NCBI GenBank assembly: GCA_907165135.1
Contig: OU015568.1
Location: 4,836,001-4,900,000, forward strand
DNA from: Oikopleura dioica
Lineage: Eukaryota > Animalia > Chordata
DNA length: 64,000 bases
Direction: 5' to 3'
Position numbers and translations under genes: made by a program. Shown here one piece after another: positions 36,694 through 49,796 of this stretch. How positions within the stretch are numbered: position 1 is the first letter of the stretch; every line of letters starts with the position of its first letter. The notes under the pieces were generated by a model. The model worked only from the letters and a program-made list of their open reading frames with translations, searched no databases and was not told where the DNA came from.

Positions 36694-38339
36694 GGCGTTT
36701 CGTAACTAATGTTTCATAATTCTGTAGATTTTGCTTTTATAGTCCTCCCCGGTTCACCAGGAATAAATTGAAGCGTAGAGATTTCCATTTTAGAATTAAT
36801 TGATGGAGATCAAAAACGACCTTGGCGACAATTTTTTGATGATGTTAGAAAAAAAACTGGAACAGTCAATTTTGATCAGTCTATTTTTGTTCAATAAAAC
36901 GGATCCCCCGTCACGTGGCAATGACTTTTTCAAAGAGCGATTTCGGATTGATCCCCTTAAGGTTCTCGGAAGTTTTTGTGCTAAGAATCTTGCCCGATAG
37001 TTGTTCGAACGCAATAGAAGGACAAGAATGTTCGTGTTTTTCTTAAGGGCGTCGCCACGATAAGTGAAAATTTCAAACATCGGTATAATATAAAATCTTC
37101 GCCGTAGTTTAATGGATTTGATATTGCTCCGAGTTTTAGAGTCAAAATGCCCAAAATTTAACGGATTTTCGAGCTCTAGAATCTTGATTTCTTCGAAAAA
37201 GGGCATGCTTAAAGTTTGAGCAAATAAAAGTGCGCACTGCTGGTATTATATTTGAAATAAATCTTTCACTTATTCTTCCCTCCAGTAGAGTAAAATTACC
37301 GGCGATAGGGAAGTGCTTAAAGATTTAAATGTCTTTATCGCTCTTATTGAATCACAAATATCGAAGTGGTATTGAACAAATAATAAGCTATTTGGTCGGG
37401 CTTTATGCGCCGGAAAAACTTTGAGATTTTTGCTACTCTAACAGGGCTTTTAAAAGCACACTTACGGCTGTACAAAATACAGTTTGTCTGTCTCTACTTT
37501 TGAAAGAAGAAAAGTTCGAATTTTCCGAGAGAAAATTTTTGAAGAAAAAATTTGAAAAATGGAGGAAAATAAGGAAAGATTTTGATCAATTTTTCATGAT
37601 AGTGAAGGCATTTTTTGGATACTGTAATTTTGGATACCCTGTATAAAAACCCTGAGCCAGGGTCCTACGCGGCTTTTCAGACCCTGACTCAGGTTTTCTT
37701 CTCAGGTCGCCGAGCCAGGAGCAAGGTAAACCCCCTTAATCGAGGGAAAACTTCAAAAGAAAACGCCCATTTTCAGTAATAACTTTTTCGTAATTATTTT
37801 GCCCTTCAGCGAAATTCGCATACAGCCTCATCCCAGGAAGATAATCATTCCAAACACAAGGGTCAAAACACGCTATTTTGTAATTTCTCAGGAAATATAT
37901 TTTTATCGTCCCTATTTGACCTTTTAGAGCTCTTTCTTCTTATATTTCAAGTTTATTTACTTGAAAAGTAGGTTCAACTAAGGGTTCTCACTGAGCCGTG
38001 CAAATTCCTCGATTCTATCAAACTGAAGAATCTGATAATAATCGGGCTTTCTATTCTCTTCCCAGCTCAGTTTAAAAAAAAGAGAGTTATTTGGAAGGTT
38101 TTTGAAAAGATATGAAAACAAGAGATTTTGGCAAATATGCGAAAAAAGAGAAAGAAATTTTGTTGGATGAAAGTGCGGAAACCATAAGTCGCAAATCTGG
38201 TACGTCTTTTTGTATTTATAAAACTGCCGAAATTTGATCCGCAAAAAAATATTATACAAGATGTTGTCTCTAGTCGAAAACTCATTTTGAAAATCTAAAA
38301 AAGTCTGACCACAACATTCAAGATGACAAATACGAAGGA

Positions 38340-40729
38340 ATGGACAAAATCTTCAACCGAATGCCTCACTTCTCCGGTTACCAATTCTTGGTGCTCGTGC
38401 TCGGCTCATGGATGTGCTTCTGTGCAGGGCATGTTCAAACCGGTTCAGTTTTCCTTCAAGCGGCTCCGGAAGAGTACAGGTGTCACAATGAGCTGGATGA
38501 GATTGCGGAAGGAGCGAATTACTCGAATACGGAATTTGCTTCAGGAGGAAATTGCAAGGTCTTCGAAATTGATTGGAAGAAGGTATAAAATTGAGTCGAA
38601 AATCGACGTTCAGAAAACCTGTGCAGAAACCTGACTCAGGGTTCTAATACATGAGATTTGCTGCTTGATATCAGGGCTTACCTAAACCCTTACTCAGGTT
38701 TCTAGACAGGTTGCCTAGCCCAGAATAAAAGCATTAAAAAACCAAGACCCAATGCAATTCTAGCAATGTCCTGACTCATCGACTCCAGAAGAATACGAAT
38801 TCTGCATGATCGAGAAAAAGCTCAACGAAACATCTGTCTGCTCAAAATGCGAAGATTTCGAATACTCTCCCGACAACACATTCACTGAAACTGTTAAGGT
38901 AACCGACCCCTATTTAATTTTTGGATAATCCGAAATTGATTGTCGTTAAAAATCACAAACGCTAGAATTTTTCTATTCCTAGAAAAGACGCATGAGAGTT
39001 TTGAGTGCACTTTTGATTGGTATTTTCACAGGTATTTTTTGATTTCGAATCTCGTTTTTCAACGTTCCTTTCTCACTCTGTCTGCTAGACACAATTCGAT
39101 TGGGTGTGCGATGACAAAGTCATTCCGACCGATTCAATTTCGACTTGCATCTTCATGACTGGCTTGTTTTTTGGAGCCCTTGGTTTTGGAATGATTTCCG
39201 ACCGAATTGGAAGAAAGAATACTTTGCTTCTCGCTGGATTCTTACATTTTGGTGGAAACTTGACGCTTTATTGGATCGACAATGTCTGGGCGTATACTTT
39301 TATTAGGCTTGCTTGTGGGGCATTCGGGACGGGTTGAAATCATAGAAGAGTCTTTTGATAAAACCGATTTAATAACCCGAGAAAGCGCATGGAGGAGTCG
39401 TGGTTGGATACGTCTACGTCATGGAATTCATGGGGCCAAAGTGGCGCGCAAATGTTGCGAACCAATATTTGACGATTTTCAGCTTAGGTTTCATGTCTCT
39501 CTCCCTGATCGCTTACTATGCACGGGACTGGCACACGATGGAACTGGTGATTGCTCTCTGCGTCACGCCCGTTTTTGCTTTTCACTTTGTTCTGCCAAAG
39601 AGCTACAGATGGCTTTACAGTAAAGATCGAATTACTGAAGCTCGTCAAGCAGGTAGGAAGATGGATTAAGGGAGAGTTTGTTGATTGGTTTTTAGTTCTG
39701 ACGTTTTCGGACAAAACTGGTGGTTCCTTGGACCTAAATTATCTTGAAAAAGTCGAAGCCGCAGCAAAATCCGGCGATGGAGAGCAAGTCAAGATTCTAG
39801 AAGTCTTCAAGTACCCAAAAATGAAGTGGATCACCGTCAACTGCATGTATGGCTGGTTCGTGACTTCAATGGTCTACTACGGGCTTGGACTAAATGCAGG
39901 GAGCCTCACAGGGAATTTGTTCGTCAACAATGTGATAAACGGATGCTTTGAAATCGCAGCTCGATTGCTCGCGCCGTTCATTCTTGAGTGGAAAATGATG
40001 GGAAGAAGAGGCAGTTTGATCTTTTTCTTCATGGTTTGCTCGCTCTCCTGCATCGGTTCCCTGATTCTGACACTCCAGGCTAACTGTGAGCCTACCTATG
40101 ATCCTGATGATTGCTCGGAGACTCCGATCATTCCAGCTGACTGTAATAGAAATCTTCTAAATATTGCTTCATACACTGCCTTTCTCGGGAAATTCGCTGT
40201 TGCTGGGACCTTTTCTGTCCTATATGTTTACAGGTATTTTCAAAAACAATAATCATTTGAAAAATCGATAAAATTTTTATTTTAAATAGACAAAAGTTCT
40301 GATATCCTTTGTATTTATTCCCTTTCAGATAGAAAAACATTTTTATGAAACTCCTTAATTCTAGTGCTGAATTATACCCAACTTGTGTGCGAGGATCTGC
40401 TGTTGGACTTTGCTCTTCCGCCGCTCGAGTTGGTGGAGCCATCTCACCTCTGATATTCGGCCTTGATGGCACCATTTGGGCTGGATTCTCAAATACTGTC
40501 TTCGGAACTTTAGGATTTATTGCCGCTGTTCTTGCCTGGTTCATGCCTGAGACTCAAGGAAAATGCATGTCACAGGTAAATGTCGACTCGAAGGATTAAA
40601 TCAAAAGGAAATTTTTAGACTATGGAAGAAGCAGAAGCTTCCTACTATCAGCCAAATAATGTCCGGCCAGAAGAACAATCTGACAATGAAAAATCCCGTG
40701 CTTCGATTGAAAGTTCAACTAGTTTCTAA
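38340..40729 (+). CDS. SLC22-family organic cation/anion transporter (MFS); true start may lie upstream
   Basis: GYQFLVLV, Cys-containing extracellular loop, FDWVC, [73 protein letters not shown]. Confidence 0.95.
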
Positions 40730-41314
40730 ATAAATTAAATATTCGTCAAAATGATTCTTTTCTAAATCAATGCAGTACGCTCAAGTTAGATTTAGAATAA
40801 ATTATTGCACATTATTGATCATTGTCTACAATAAATTTTTTGATTACATAATCATCAGTAAGTAGAACATTGCAGAATATTCTTCAAGGATACTTGAGTT
40901 GTCAAACTGCTCGATATTTATCAATACTAAAATGGTGGGATTCTGTTTTCACGAGTTTCCACAAGTTTCAATATCGACGTCAAACTTTCCATGAAGTCGT
41001 ATAAAATCGCTCAATTTTTTATTCATTTGACGCATAAGAATACAAAAATGTCTGATAGGCTCTCATCACGCCTCCTTAACACTAATGAGCATTTATGTTA
41101 TGTAATTATTTCGGTCATTTCTTGCAAAAGGAAGTCTATTTCGTGCAAATTCTCGTGTTCCAAATTTTGATTAACTGCTTTGCAAATTGTAAACTTGCAT
41201 CGCCATGATGCGAGCAACCGGCGTTAACTGCTCCGCAAATTTCGCGACAGCAAGCCGCTAAAACCGGCCCTGGCTTTGGTGAAAAGTTCAGTCACAAATT
41301 TTTCATTCACGAAA

Positions 41315-44300
41315 ATGAGGAACCCGATTCTCCTACTTTTTGTGGGAGTAAGGGTCAAGGCCGCCTTCAATGAGACTTGTTCCTGGCTCAATCAAGGTAA
41401 GTCATAGAGAGAAAAAGGAGAGAATGAAACTTTTTTTCAGAGCAAAAATGCTCCGGTGAATGTAACGCCGACTACCAGACTTGCATGGGCTCTTGTGATC
41501 CCTCCGATTACAAGTGCACCCAGTACTGCAACCGAGACTTGACCACTTGCATCGATCGATGCCCCTGCCACGACAAATGCTCCTGGGGTTGCCCATGCGG
41601 CTTCTACCAGTGCTCTCCCCCATCCACCTGCGACATCCAAGAAGAAAATAGTGAGGCCTTCGACGAGTGCGGTATCTACTGCATCTCTGAAGCTGACCGA
41701 GTCACTGGCGAGTGCATCGCTGCCAACCAAAACACCGAGGACGAGTGCTACGCTAAAGGAAACGAACACGGCTGGCGATGCATGGAGGACTGCCCATGCG
41801 GAGAAAACTGCAAGGGTGGCTGCAAAGAGTGCCCCAACAACCAGTTCTGCGGTGACAACGGAGGTATCTCCAACCAGGACATGTGCATGTACGTCTGGGG
41901 AGCTAACGAAGCTGCCTGCAAAGGTGACGTCCAGGCTGAGCGAGAAGTATGCATGGGTGCCTGCAACGATGCCCTCTGCGAAGATGACTGCAACGAAAAA
42001 TACACTGAAAAGCTCAAGCTCTGCCCCTGCCACACTGTTTGCCCCAATGGCTGCGCTTGCACCCCATCCAACACTTTCGGCAACTCTTACTGCCCAACCC
42101 TTCCCCTTCCAGATGAGAACTGCCTTGGAGACCACGGTGACGTCTCACAGGACTGCCGAGATAGCTGTGGCTACGACGCTTACATTTGCGTTTCGAAGTG
42201 CTATGGCGACGGCGAATGTCTTGCCAAATGTCAGGACCAGGAAGCCGTTTGTGTCAACAAATGCCCCTGCTACCCTGGTTGCCCAGGCGGATGCCCATGC
42301 TTCGACTGGTGCCAGTCTACTCCACCACCAATCGAAATCCAGTGCGAAGCCATCTGGGGCGATGAAGCTTCCCGATGCGAGACTGATCAGAAGAACACCC
42401 TCACCGTCTGCAACGCCAACTGCCAGAACGACGCTTACCCATCGATCTGCCAGGACAACTGCGCAGAGCAGTACTCCGAAAACCTCAAAAAGTGCCCATG
42501 CCACAAGCAGTGCGCAAACGGGTGCAACTGTCCAACTGAGAATGAGCTCGGCAACAGCTACTGCCCAGAGGGCCTTCCTGATCCAGACCTCGAATGTCTT
42601 GAGCAACACGGTGAATCTTCCCAAATCTGCCGAGACTCCTGCACTACTTCTGGATACATCTGTGTCAATACCTGCGCTGGTGATAGCCAATGCGAAGTTT
42701 ACTGCCGTGAAAAGGTTATTGAGTGCATCAATGGCTGCCCATGCTACCCCGGATGCGATTTCCCGGAGACTCCAGAGTGCCTTCCATCTCTTGAAGACCA
42801 GTGCAAAGTGATTTGGGGAGAAGAAGCCACTAATTGCGAACAGGATCAGCTCGCCAAGCTGAACTCTTGCCTCGCCGGCTGCTCCACCGGAACTTGCCAG
42901 GATCAGTGCAACCAGCAGTACGTCAATGACTCATCCAAGTGTCCTTGCCACACTCACTGCCCCAACGGTTGCCGATGCCCACCAGATAACGTCCTTGGAA
43001 ACTCCTACTGCCCCAACCTTCCTGATGCCAACGCTGACTGTCTCGAAGACTACGGCGACATCTCTGCTCAGTGCCGAGACTCATGCACTAGCGATGCCTA
43101 CTATTGCTCGATCGCTTGCGCTCCAGGAGATAGCCAATGCCAGAGCGATTGCCGATTTTATGAGAATGTTTGCGTCTCCAACTGCCCATGCTACCCAGGT
43201 AAAATCAATATTTAGCTTCACAGATTAATGACTGTGTTCTAGAATGCCCTCTTGGCTGCCCTTGCCCAGGATGGTGCGGTGGAATCTCCGACAAGGACAA
43301 GTGCCTTGCTATTTGGGGAGATGAAGCTCGAGCTTGTGAGCAAGACTGCGCTGATAAGCGAGCCGAGTGCCTTTCAAGCTGCACAACTGGAACTTGTGAA
43401 GACAAATGCAACGACGAGTACATCGAGGAATGTGCCACTTACTGTCCATGCCACACTTACTGCTCCCTTGGCTGCGCTTGCCCTGAGTGGAACGACCTTG
43501 GAAACAGCTACTGCCCAGAGGGAGTTCCAAAGCCCGACCCTGAGTGCCTCGAGGACCCATACCATAACAACCTCTGGCAACAATGTCGATCTGGATGTGC
43601 TGACACCGCTTACTATTGCTCTCTCACATGCTATGGCAACCCTACTTGCTTGTCCATCTGCCGAGCCGATGAGTACGCCTGCATGAACACTTGCCCATGC
43701 CACGAAGAATGTCCCAACGGCTGCCCATGCCCAGGATGGTGCGGTGATACCGAAAATCCTTCTATCATCGAGAAGTGTCTCGTTGTCTGGGGTGATGAAG
43801 CTCAAGCTTGCGTCGACGACTGCGTATCCATCCGAAACGAGTGCATCTCCGGGTGCAACGGTTCGAGCCTCTGCGAAGACGCCTGCAATAGTGACTATCT
43901 CTACCAGTGCTCGTACCACTGTCCTTGCCACAGCTACTGCCCCAACGGTTGCCCCTGTTACAATGAAATCGGAAATCAATACTGTCCCGGACCATCCCCA
44001 CCAGCAAACTGCATCGAAGAGCACGGGGAAAATGAAAAGAACTGCCGAGATCTGTGCACTGACAAATCCTATGATTGCATGAAAGCATGTGGTTTTGACG
44101 AACCAGCTTGCGTGAGCCAGTGTCAGGCTGAGATGCAAGAGTGCACTGCTCTTTGCCCATGCCATGAACAATGCCCCAACGGCTGTCCTTGCCCAATCTA
44201 CTGCCCAGAGCCACCTCCATCTACTGAGGACCCTAATGTGTCAACACCAACAACTCCGCCAATCACTGCTCCTCCAGGAGGTGAGATCGAACCAATCTAC

Positions 44301-45779
44301 GGTGATCACGTGCTTGTTCTCTCTCGTGATGCTGCTACAATGTTCAAGTGGAGAAATGGCGAGGCCCTTTCCTACACTGAGCTAACAAAAGGCTTTACTG
44401 ATACCAACGCTCGGTATGTTTTCTCCTTCTCTTTTTTTTTTAATTTTTATTATCCAAGATTCGACATCAACGGCTTCTGGACTCATGATGCTTGCTCAGT
44501 TGTCGTCAAAGGCAAATCCTACATCATTGGTGGTGCTTATGACTGCACTACTCGTAAGTTTCTTTAAAATTCTTTTTTCTATTCGAATATTCTAGAGCCC
44601 GAATTCTGCGGCCACTTGAACGTTCAGCGAGCGGTCATGAAACTCTCCGAAACCTCCTGTGGACTCGACATCGTCATGGACGGTATCACCAAGAAGCTCC
44701 CATACTCGATGAAGGAACACTCTTGCACTGGATTCCAGAAGCGACTTTCTGGACAAGCTGATCAGGAACGAGCTATCATGTGCTCACCAACTGACTCTGC
44801 TGATGAAATCAACGACGGTATGGACTACCAGGATCGTGCTTGCTGGAGGTAACGTCAAAAAGTAATTCAAATACCAAAGTGACTCTAGTTCTTCTGATAT
44901 GGTCGTTTGGGAGCGAGAGCCATGGCTCCGATACACCCACATCAAGGCCACGATGAAGTACCACAAGGGATACGTCGTCATCATGGGTGGAACTGGCCTT
45001 AGCAACGATGGCAATATCCTCGCTTACAACGATCATCCATACGTCGAGTTCCTCTCCCAGAATGGACAGTACAACACTGTAAGTATTTTGGTCATCCACT
45101 CATCTAACACTTTTAATAGACCGATGGAACCTTCGGAACCTGGATCCAAGGTGTCAGCTTGCCAATCACTCTCGAAGAGATGACCTCTGTCACTGATGGG
45201 GAACATCTCTACGTTTTCGGTAAAAATGGTCTTTATTTCAAAATTCAATATATCTCTCTTAGGTGGTCTTCATTACACGAGCCAGGAGTGCAACTTCTGG
45301 GCTGATGCCGCCACCTGCAACTCCCGACGTGTCTACCGAAACTCTGTTAGTAACTGATTTTACTCATTGATATTTACTCAATTATTTTAAGGATCCTACC
45401 CGAGGCTTCCAGTGGACTTCGTACGGTTCACTGATGAACCCTCGATCTCGATTCAGCTCCATTCTCGTTGGCTTCCAGAACCAAGTCCCGAACCGTAAGT
45501 CAAAACAAAATTATATTGCGCTCAAAATCCATTCTAGTCTTCCACGTCGCTGGCTACGCCAAGGCCGGAACTGATCACAACGGAAATAACATTTCCGTCA
45601 CCGGCCGAACCATCGAAAAGTGGTGGCAGACTGGAACTGAATTTGAAGCTGCTGAAGAAATGATTGCACCCGATTTCAGCCAAGTCTCTCAGCAGACCTC
45701 GGCATCGTTCCTCTATGATTTCATCTCTCCCCAGACTTTCGTCATCAACGCGGATTGGTACAACCGATACTGCTTGTAA
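41315..45779 (+). CDS. Large secreted Cys-rich repeat protein (CPCxxxCPxGCxC modules) with C-terminal Kelch-like propeller
   Basis: Signal MRNPILLLFVGVRVKA; alternating WGxEAxxC...GNSYCP and PDxxCLEDHGD...CPCY modules over ~930 aa; Pro/Thr linker; then KGKSYIIGG, GYVVIMGG, HLYVFGG, VFHVAG blades. Confidence 0.85.
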
Positions 45780-46098
45780 TTCGGTTTCTTTTTTATTATT
45801 ACTATTTGACCGCTTGCTCTGACTTCTGTGAATAAATATCAATCAACACAACAACCAAACCAAATCAGGAGTTCAAAACAAGACCGTTCCTCTTAGAAAG
45901 AAACATCTTACGAATAAACTCGCGTTCAAGCCAGCAAATATATCTTCATGTAAATTAGAAAAAAAAAGTGGAATTGGCGAGATAAGAATTTGTTTGCGCG
46001 GCTTATCAGGGCGCGTCGCTTATAAAGGTTCCAAAAATTCATCCGAAGCACTTCACTTGATTCTCAAATCAGCTTTTTGATTTTTTGAAGAGAGAAAA

Positions 46099-47429
46099 AT
46101 GAAGCTTTTTTCTTTATTTCTTCTTAGTGCTGAGGCGTTAAAGGTAAGGAAAGATGGTAGATAAAGCAAGAAATCTTGATTCCTTTCCAGTACAAAGAAG
46201 TTCTTCAAGCATACAAAGAATCACCAGCAGAAACTGGGCTTGGACTGCGAAAAAAACCAAAGAAACCGAAGAAAAATAAAGGCAGCTCAAGGTGAGAATA
46301 GGTCAAAGAGGGTCTGCCTGTATTTCATTTTCAGTAATGCAAGCGAATTCTGGGAGGAATGCCCACCTCTTCGAGTAACTGGCGACATTGAAACATTCTA
46401 CTGCGAGGATAACAAATGCATGGCAATTTGCAAAGCAAATTCTCAGGTAAAAACGTAAAATACTCTTCCTCTTATCGTGTCGTTAGCCGTATGGGAATAG
46501 CATGCTGACCTGCGTAAAAGGCAAAAGAAGAAAGGACTCTCCTTACTGGAGCGGGGATCAACCCCAGTGTATAACATGCGGTGGCTCAGCTGATCTTGGT
46601 CCACCTTTGACCGATAAAAATATTGAAGCGCATTGCACCATCACGAAGAAATCGAAAAATATGAAGCTCTGCAATCTTCAGGTTCTTATTCTCTTCCGAA
46701 AACGAGAGAATGATTGATTTCTAGTGCACAAACGGAGGAAGATTGTATCAGGAAGCGCGAGAGATGTTCAAAAACATGGAAGTGAAATGCATCTGCTTGA
46801 ACGGAGAGTGCTTTTGGGGACAGGGGAAGAAAACGTCTATCGATACGGAATCCCTGACTTGCAAAGGTTGCTCCTTCGAACAATAAAGGGAGGAATAATG
46901 TTATTTTAGGCAACAAAATCAAGACAACAGAAAAACCCATCACGACAAAGCCACCAAAAGGGGAAACCACCACCACCACCGTCGCAACAACCCACCCTAA
47001 GAAGCCGAAGCGCTGCGTCGATTTGGGCCCCGAAAGCGTCAGAGTGATGAACACATGGGTCTGTCGAAACTGCTTCCGGATCAACGCCAGCTACAAGTTC
47101 CGAAAAGTCGGGCTCAACAAGTGGGACCCAAGAGACTTTTTGATCATCGAGTTTAACTCGCCCGTGGAATGGACTGAAATGAGCCATCCAATTTTGAACG
47201 CGAGAAAGGTCAGTTTTTAACCCATTTTCGCGCCTTGACCAATTTTCAGGTGAACGATTATGACGACACAAGATGGCGAGTGAATTTCAAAACCGATGCA
47301 AATTACAAATCGGGAATGAAATTCGACGCGAATTTGATGCAGTTTGGATTCGAAAGCATGAACATGTCTCCTGGAAGCTCTCAGATAAAAAGAGTTCAAG
47401 CCTGTCCCTACTGGTACTCTGATTATTAA
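46099..47429 (+). CDS. Secreted protein with Sushi/CCP-like Cys modules, Thr/Pro linker and beta-rich C-terminal domain
   Basis: MKLFFFISLSAEALK signal; CxxxxC...LTC...WSGDQPQC module; TTKPPKGETTTTT linker; six or more GT-AG introns. Confidence 0.65.
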
Positions 47430-47536
47430 CTCCTGAAAAAAACTTTTATAAATTTTTACCAAAGAAAAAAGGGATGGTGTCTGGAACCGACAAAAAAATT
47501 CGACAAATTTTGCGTGGGCGGCTTCTTGGCTGCTGA

Positions 47537-47795
47537 GGGAAACGGTCGGTTACAATACCAATTGGTATTCCAATACCAATTTTGGTATTCCAATACCAAA
47601 GTCGGCAGAAAATGCCAATTTTTCAAAATTAAAAAGCGGGTGTGCGCTTCGCGCCTGTATTATACGATATTTTAGAAGTGTTTTTAATAATTTCTCGGGC
47701 AAAAAATCCAAATTGTCTAAAAAATTTGGTATTGGAATACCAAATTTTGGTATTGGAATACCAAAAAAGCTTTGGTATTGTAACCGACCGTTCCC
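47537..47795. mobile_element. MULE-like MITE (9-bp TSD)
   Basis: TIR GGGA(A)ACGGTCGGTTACAATACCAA; exact TSD GGCTGCTGA (47528-47536, 47796-47804); internal GGTATTCCAATACC repeats. Confidence 0.85.
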
Positions 47796-47837
47796 GGCTG
47801 CTGATTGGCCGGTTTGCCGAATCCAGCCTTGTAATTG

Positions 47838-48127
47838 GGTGTAGGGCGGCTACGTTCGAAATTTCGAACGCCGTTCGAGATTTTTCGAACGCCGTTCGAG
47901 ATTTTTCGAACGCTGTTCGAAAAATTTCTGAAATTGCTTATAAAAATGAGCTTATATGCGCTCCGCGCCTGATTTGTAAGAAAACTCCTTCATAATGATG
48001 CCAACTTCATCTGCTTACACAATGACATTGATTTAAGCTCATTCTAAGGTCAAGATTTTTCGGAAATTTCGAACGCCGTTCGAAAAATGGGCCCAAAAAC
48101 CGATTTCGAACGGGGCCGCCCGCCACC
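47838..48127. mobile_element. MULE-like MITE with TTCGAACGCCGTTCGA repeats
   Basis: Imperfect TIR GGTGTAGGGCGGC / GCCGCCCGCCACC; flanking duplication CTTGTAATTG (8-12 bp depending on the boundary chosen). Confidence 0.7.
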
Positions 48128-48359
48128 CTTGTAATTGGTTGAAAATTTCCACGCAAAATTTGTCGAAATTTTTGTCGATTCCAGACACCTCAGAAAAAAT
48201 CATTGTTTTTATTGTGAAATTTCTCGAATAATTCTAGTGCGGCTCAAAAAAGGCCAACAAAATGACCCTGCCGGAGGGTGCGCCACGAAAAAAGCGATAA
48301 AAAATATTATCCTTGGTCTTTCTTTCCATCAAGTTTATTGTCAGAAAATTGATTGTAAA

Positions 48360-49796
48360 ATGCCGAAATCAGAGAAAAATCCAATTTGTACGCTTATTAC
48401 TTTCGTTGTTCTTTTTTGGCTGTTTTTGCATTGGGTTCATCCGAAACATAATAAAATTTCGGATCATGAGACGATTTCGATGAAGGAACTTTTATCCGCG
48501 GCGATTGATGTGGCGGAAGAAGGGGGGAGAGAACTGGTGAGAATTCAGAAGTCGGGGAGATTGAAGACGGTGGAGAAGAGTGGAAAGAATGATTTGGTTA
48601 CGGCGGGAGATCATGCTTCGCACAAGATTATGTTTTACGGGCTCAAGGGGGCTTTTCCAGGTGAGATGAGGAAAAAGAAGAGACCATATTATTTATGAAA
48701 TGAGTATTTGTATATTTTTTTAAATTTGATGGTAATTGATGACGTAACAGAAACTTTCACGGATGATGGAAGAACACCCCGTCTTGATCATAATACTCTA
48801 TATACTGTATATAATATACACCCCATAGAATGATATAATCGGTAAACCTTCCTTCTACCAAATCTTTTCTAGGACTGGCCGTGATTTCTGAGGAAGGAGA
48901 TGCGCCAGAATCTACATCATCTGTTTTCTCACCTAAATTATCGAACAAGAAGCTGGAGCGAATTCTAGTGTCGGACGAACTGATTCCCATTGAAGACCTC
49001 ACCGTCTGGATTGACCCACTTGATGCGACAAAAGAATATACTGAAGGTAATATTTAGCCTCTTTCTTTTTGATGATTTCTTATTGACAAGGCCTGACGGA
49101 ATATGTCACGACAATGGTCGGATTCGCCGTCGATGGAGAAGCAGTTGGTGGTGTTGTTCACTTTCCGTTTACTGGAGAGACTGTTTGGGGATGGCAAGAA
49201 CATGGGAATAATATTTTGGATCAGTCGGAAAATGCGCCGAGAAATTCTGTTCTAGTCTCTAGATCTCATACAGGCCAAGCGGAAGAACAATCGAAAAAGG
49301 AATGAGTAACGAAAAAGAAACCATAAGATTAAGCGACAAAGAATTTTACTTGAAATTTATCAAAGTTTACAAATTGATAAGATAAATGAAATTTCCTCAA
49401 AGCATCACGCGTTATGAGCTTCCTTTTGATCAAAATTTGAATACTTTTAAAAAGCACCTTGGGTCGAACGCAAAAATAATCAAAGCTGGTGGCGCTGGGT
49501 TTAAGGCCATTTCCATCTTCCATGGCCGCGGAGAGGCTTACTTTCACTCTGGAAAGATCAAGAAATGGGACATTTGCGCAGTTGAAGGCATCATCAAATC
49601 CACATGCTACGGAAAATTCACCAATTTGAAGGGTAAAACTATCGATTACAGGTACATCTCCTCAATATTCAAACGTAACCTAGATTCTAGTGCCGAATCA
49701 GGAGCAGTTAATTATGATGGGCTCATCACATCGTTACATCATCATGAAAGATTTTTGAAGGCTTTTTCAAACTTAGAAAAACACGACCAACTCTGA
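48360..49796 (+). CDS. BPNT2: Golgi PAP phosphatase / inositol monophosphatase 3
   Basis: N-terminal TM; DLVTAGDHASH, VISEE, TVWIDPLDATKEYTEG, YVTTMVGFAVDG, VSRSH, AGGAGFK, IKKWDICA; one GA-AG intron. Confidence 0.95.

Larger units (their letters stand above)
47481..48184. mobile_element. CCAAT-pair foldback host element carrying two nested insertions
   Basis: Ends CTGGAACCGACAAAAAAATTCGACAAATTTTGCGTGG / CCACGCAAAATTTGTCGAAATTTTTGTCGATTCCAG; uninterrupted relatives at 52704-52924, 53474-53590, 61240-61480. Confidence 0.75.

Noticed and set aside
36796-37206. 136-aa minus ORF upstream of the peptide trio as a fourth member
   Set aside because: No signal peptide or shared motif, no recognisable homology
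41437-44220. Long antisense and alternative-frame ORFs (e.g. 41651-42811, 41437-42135, 43374-44171)
   Set aside because: Shadows of the codon-biased Cys-rich repeat gene; no independent motifs
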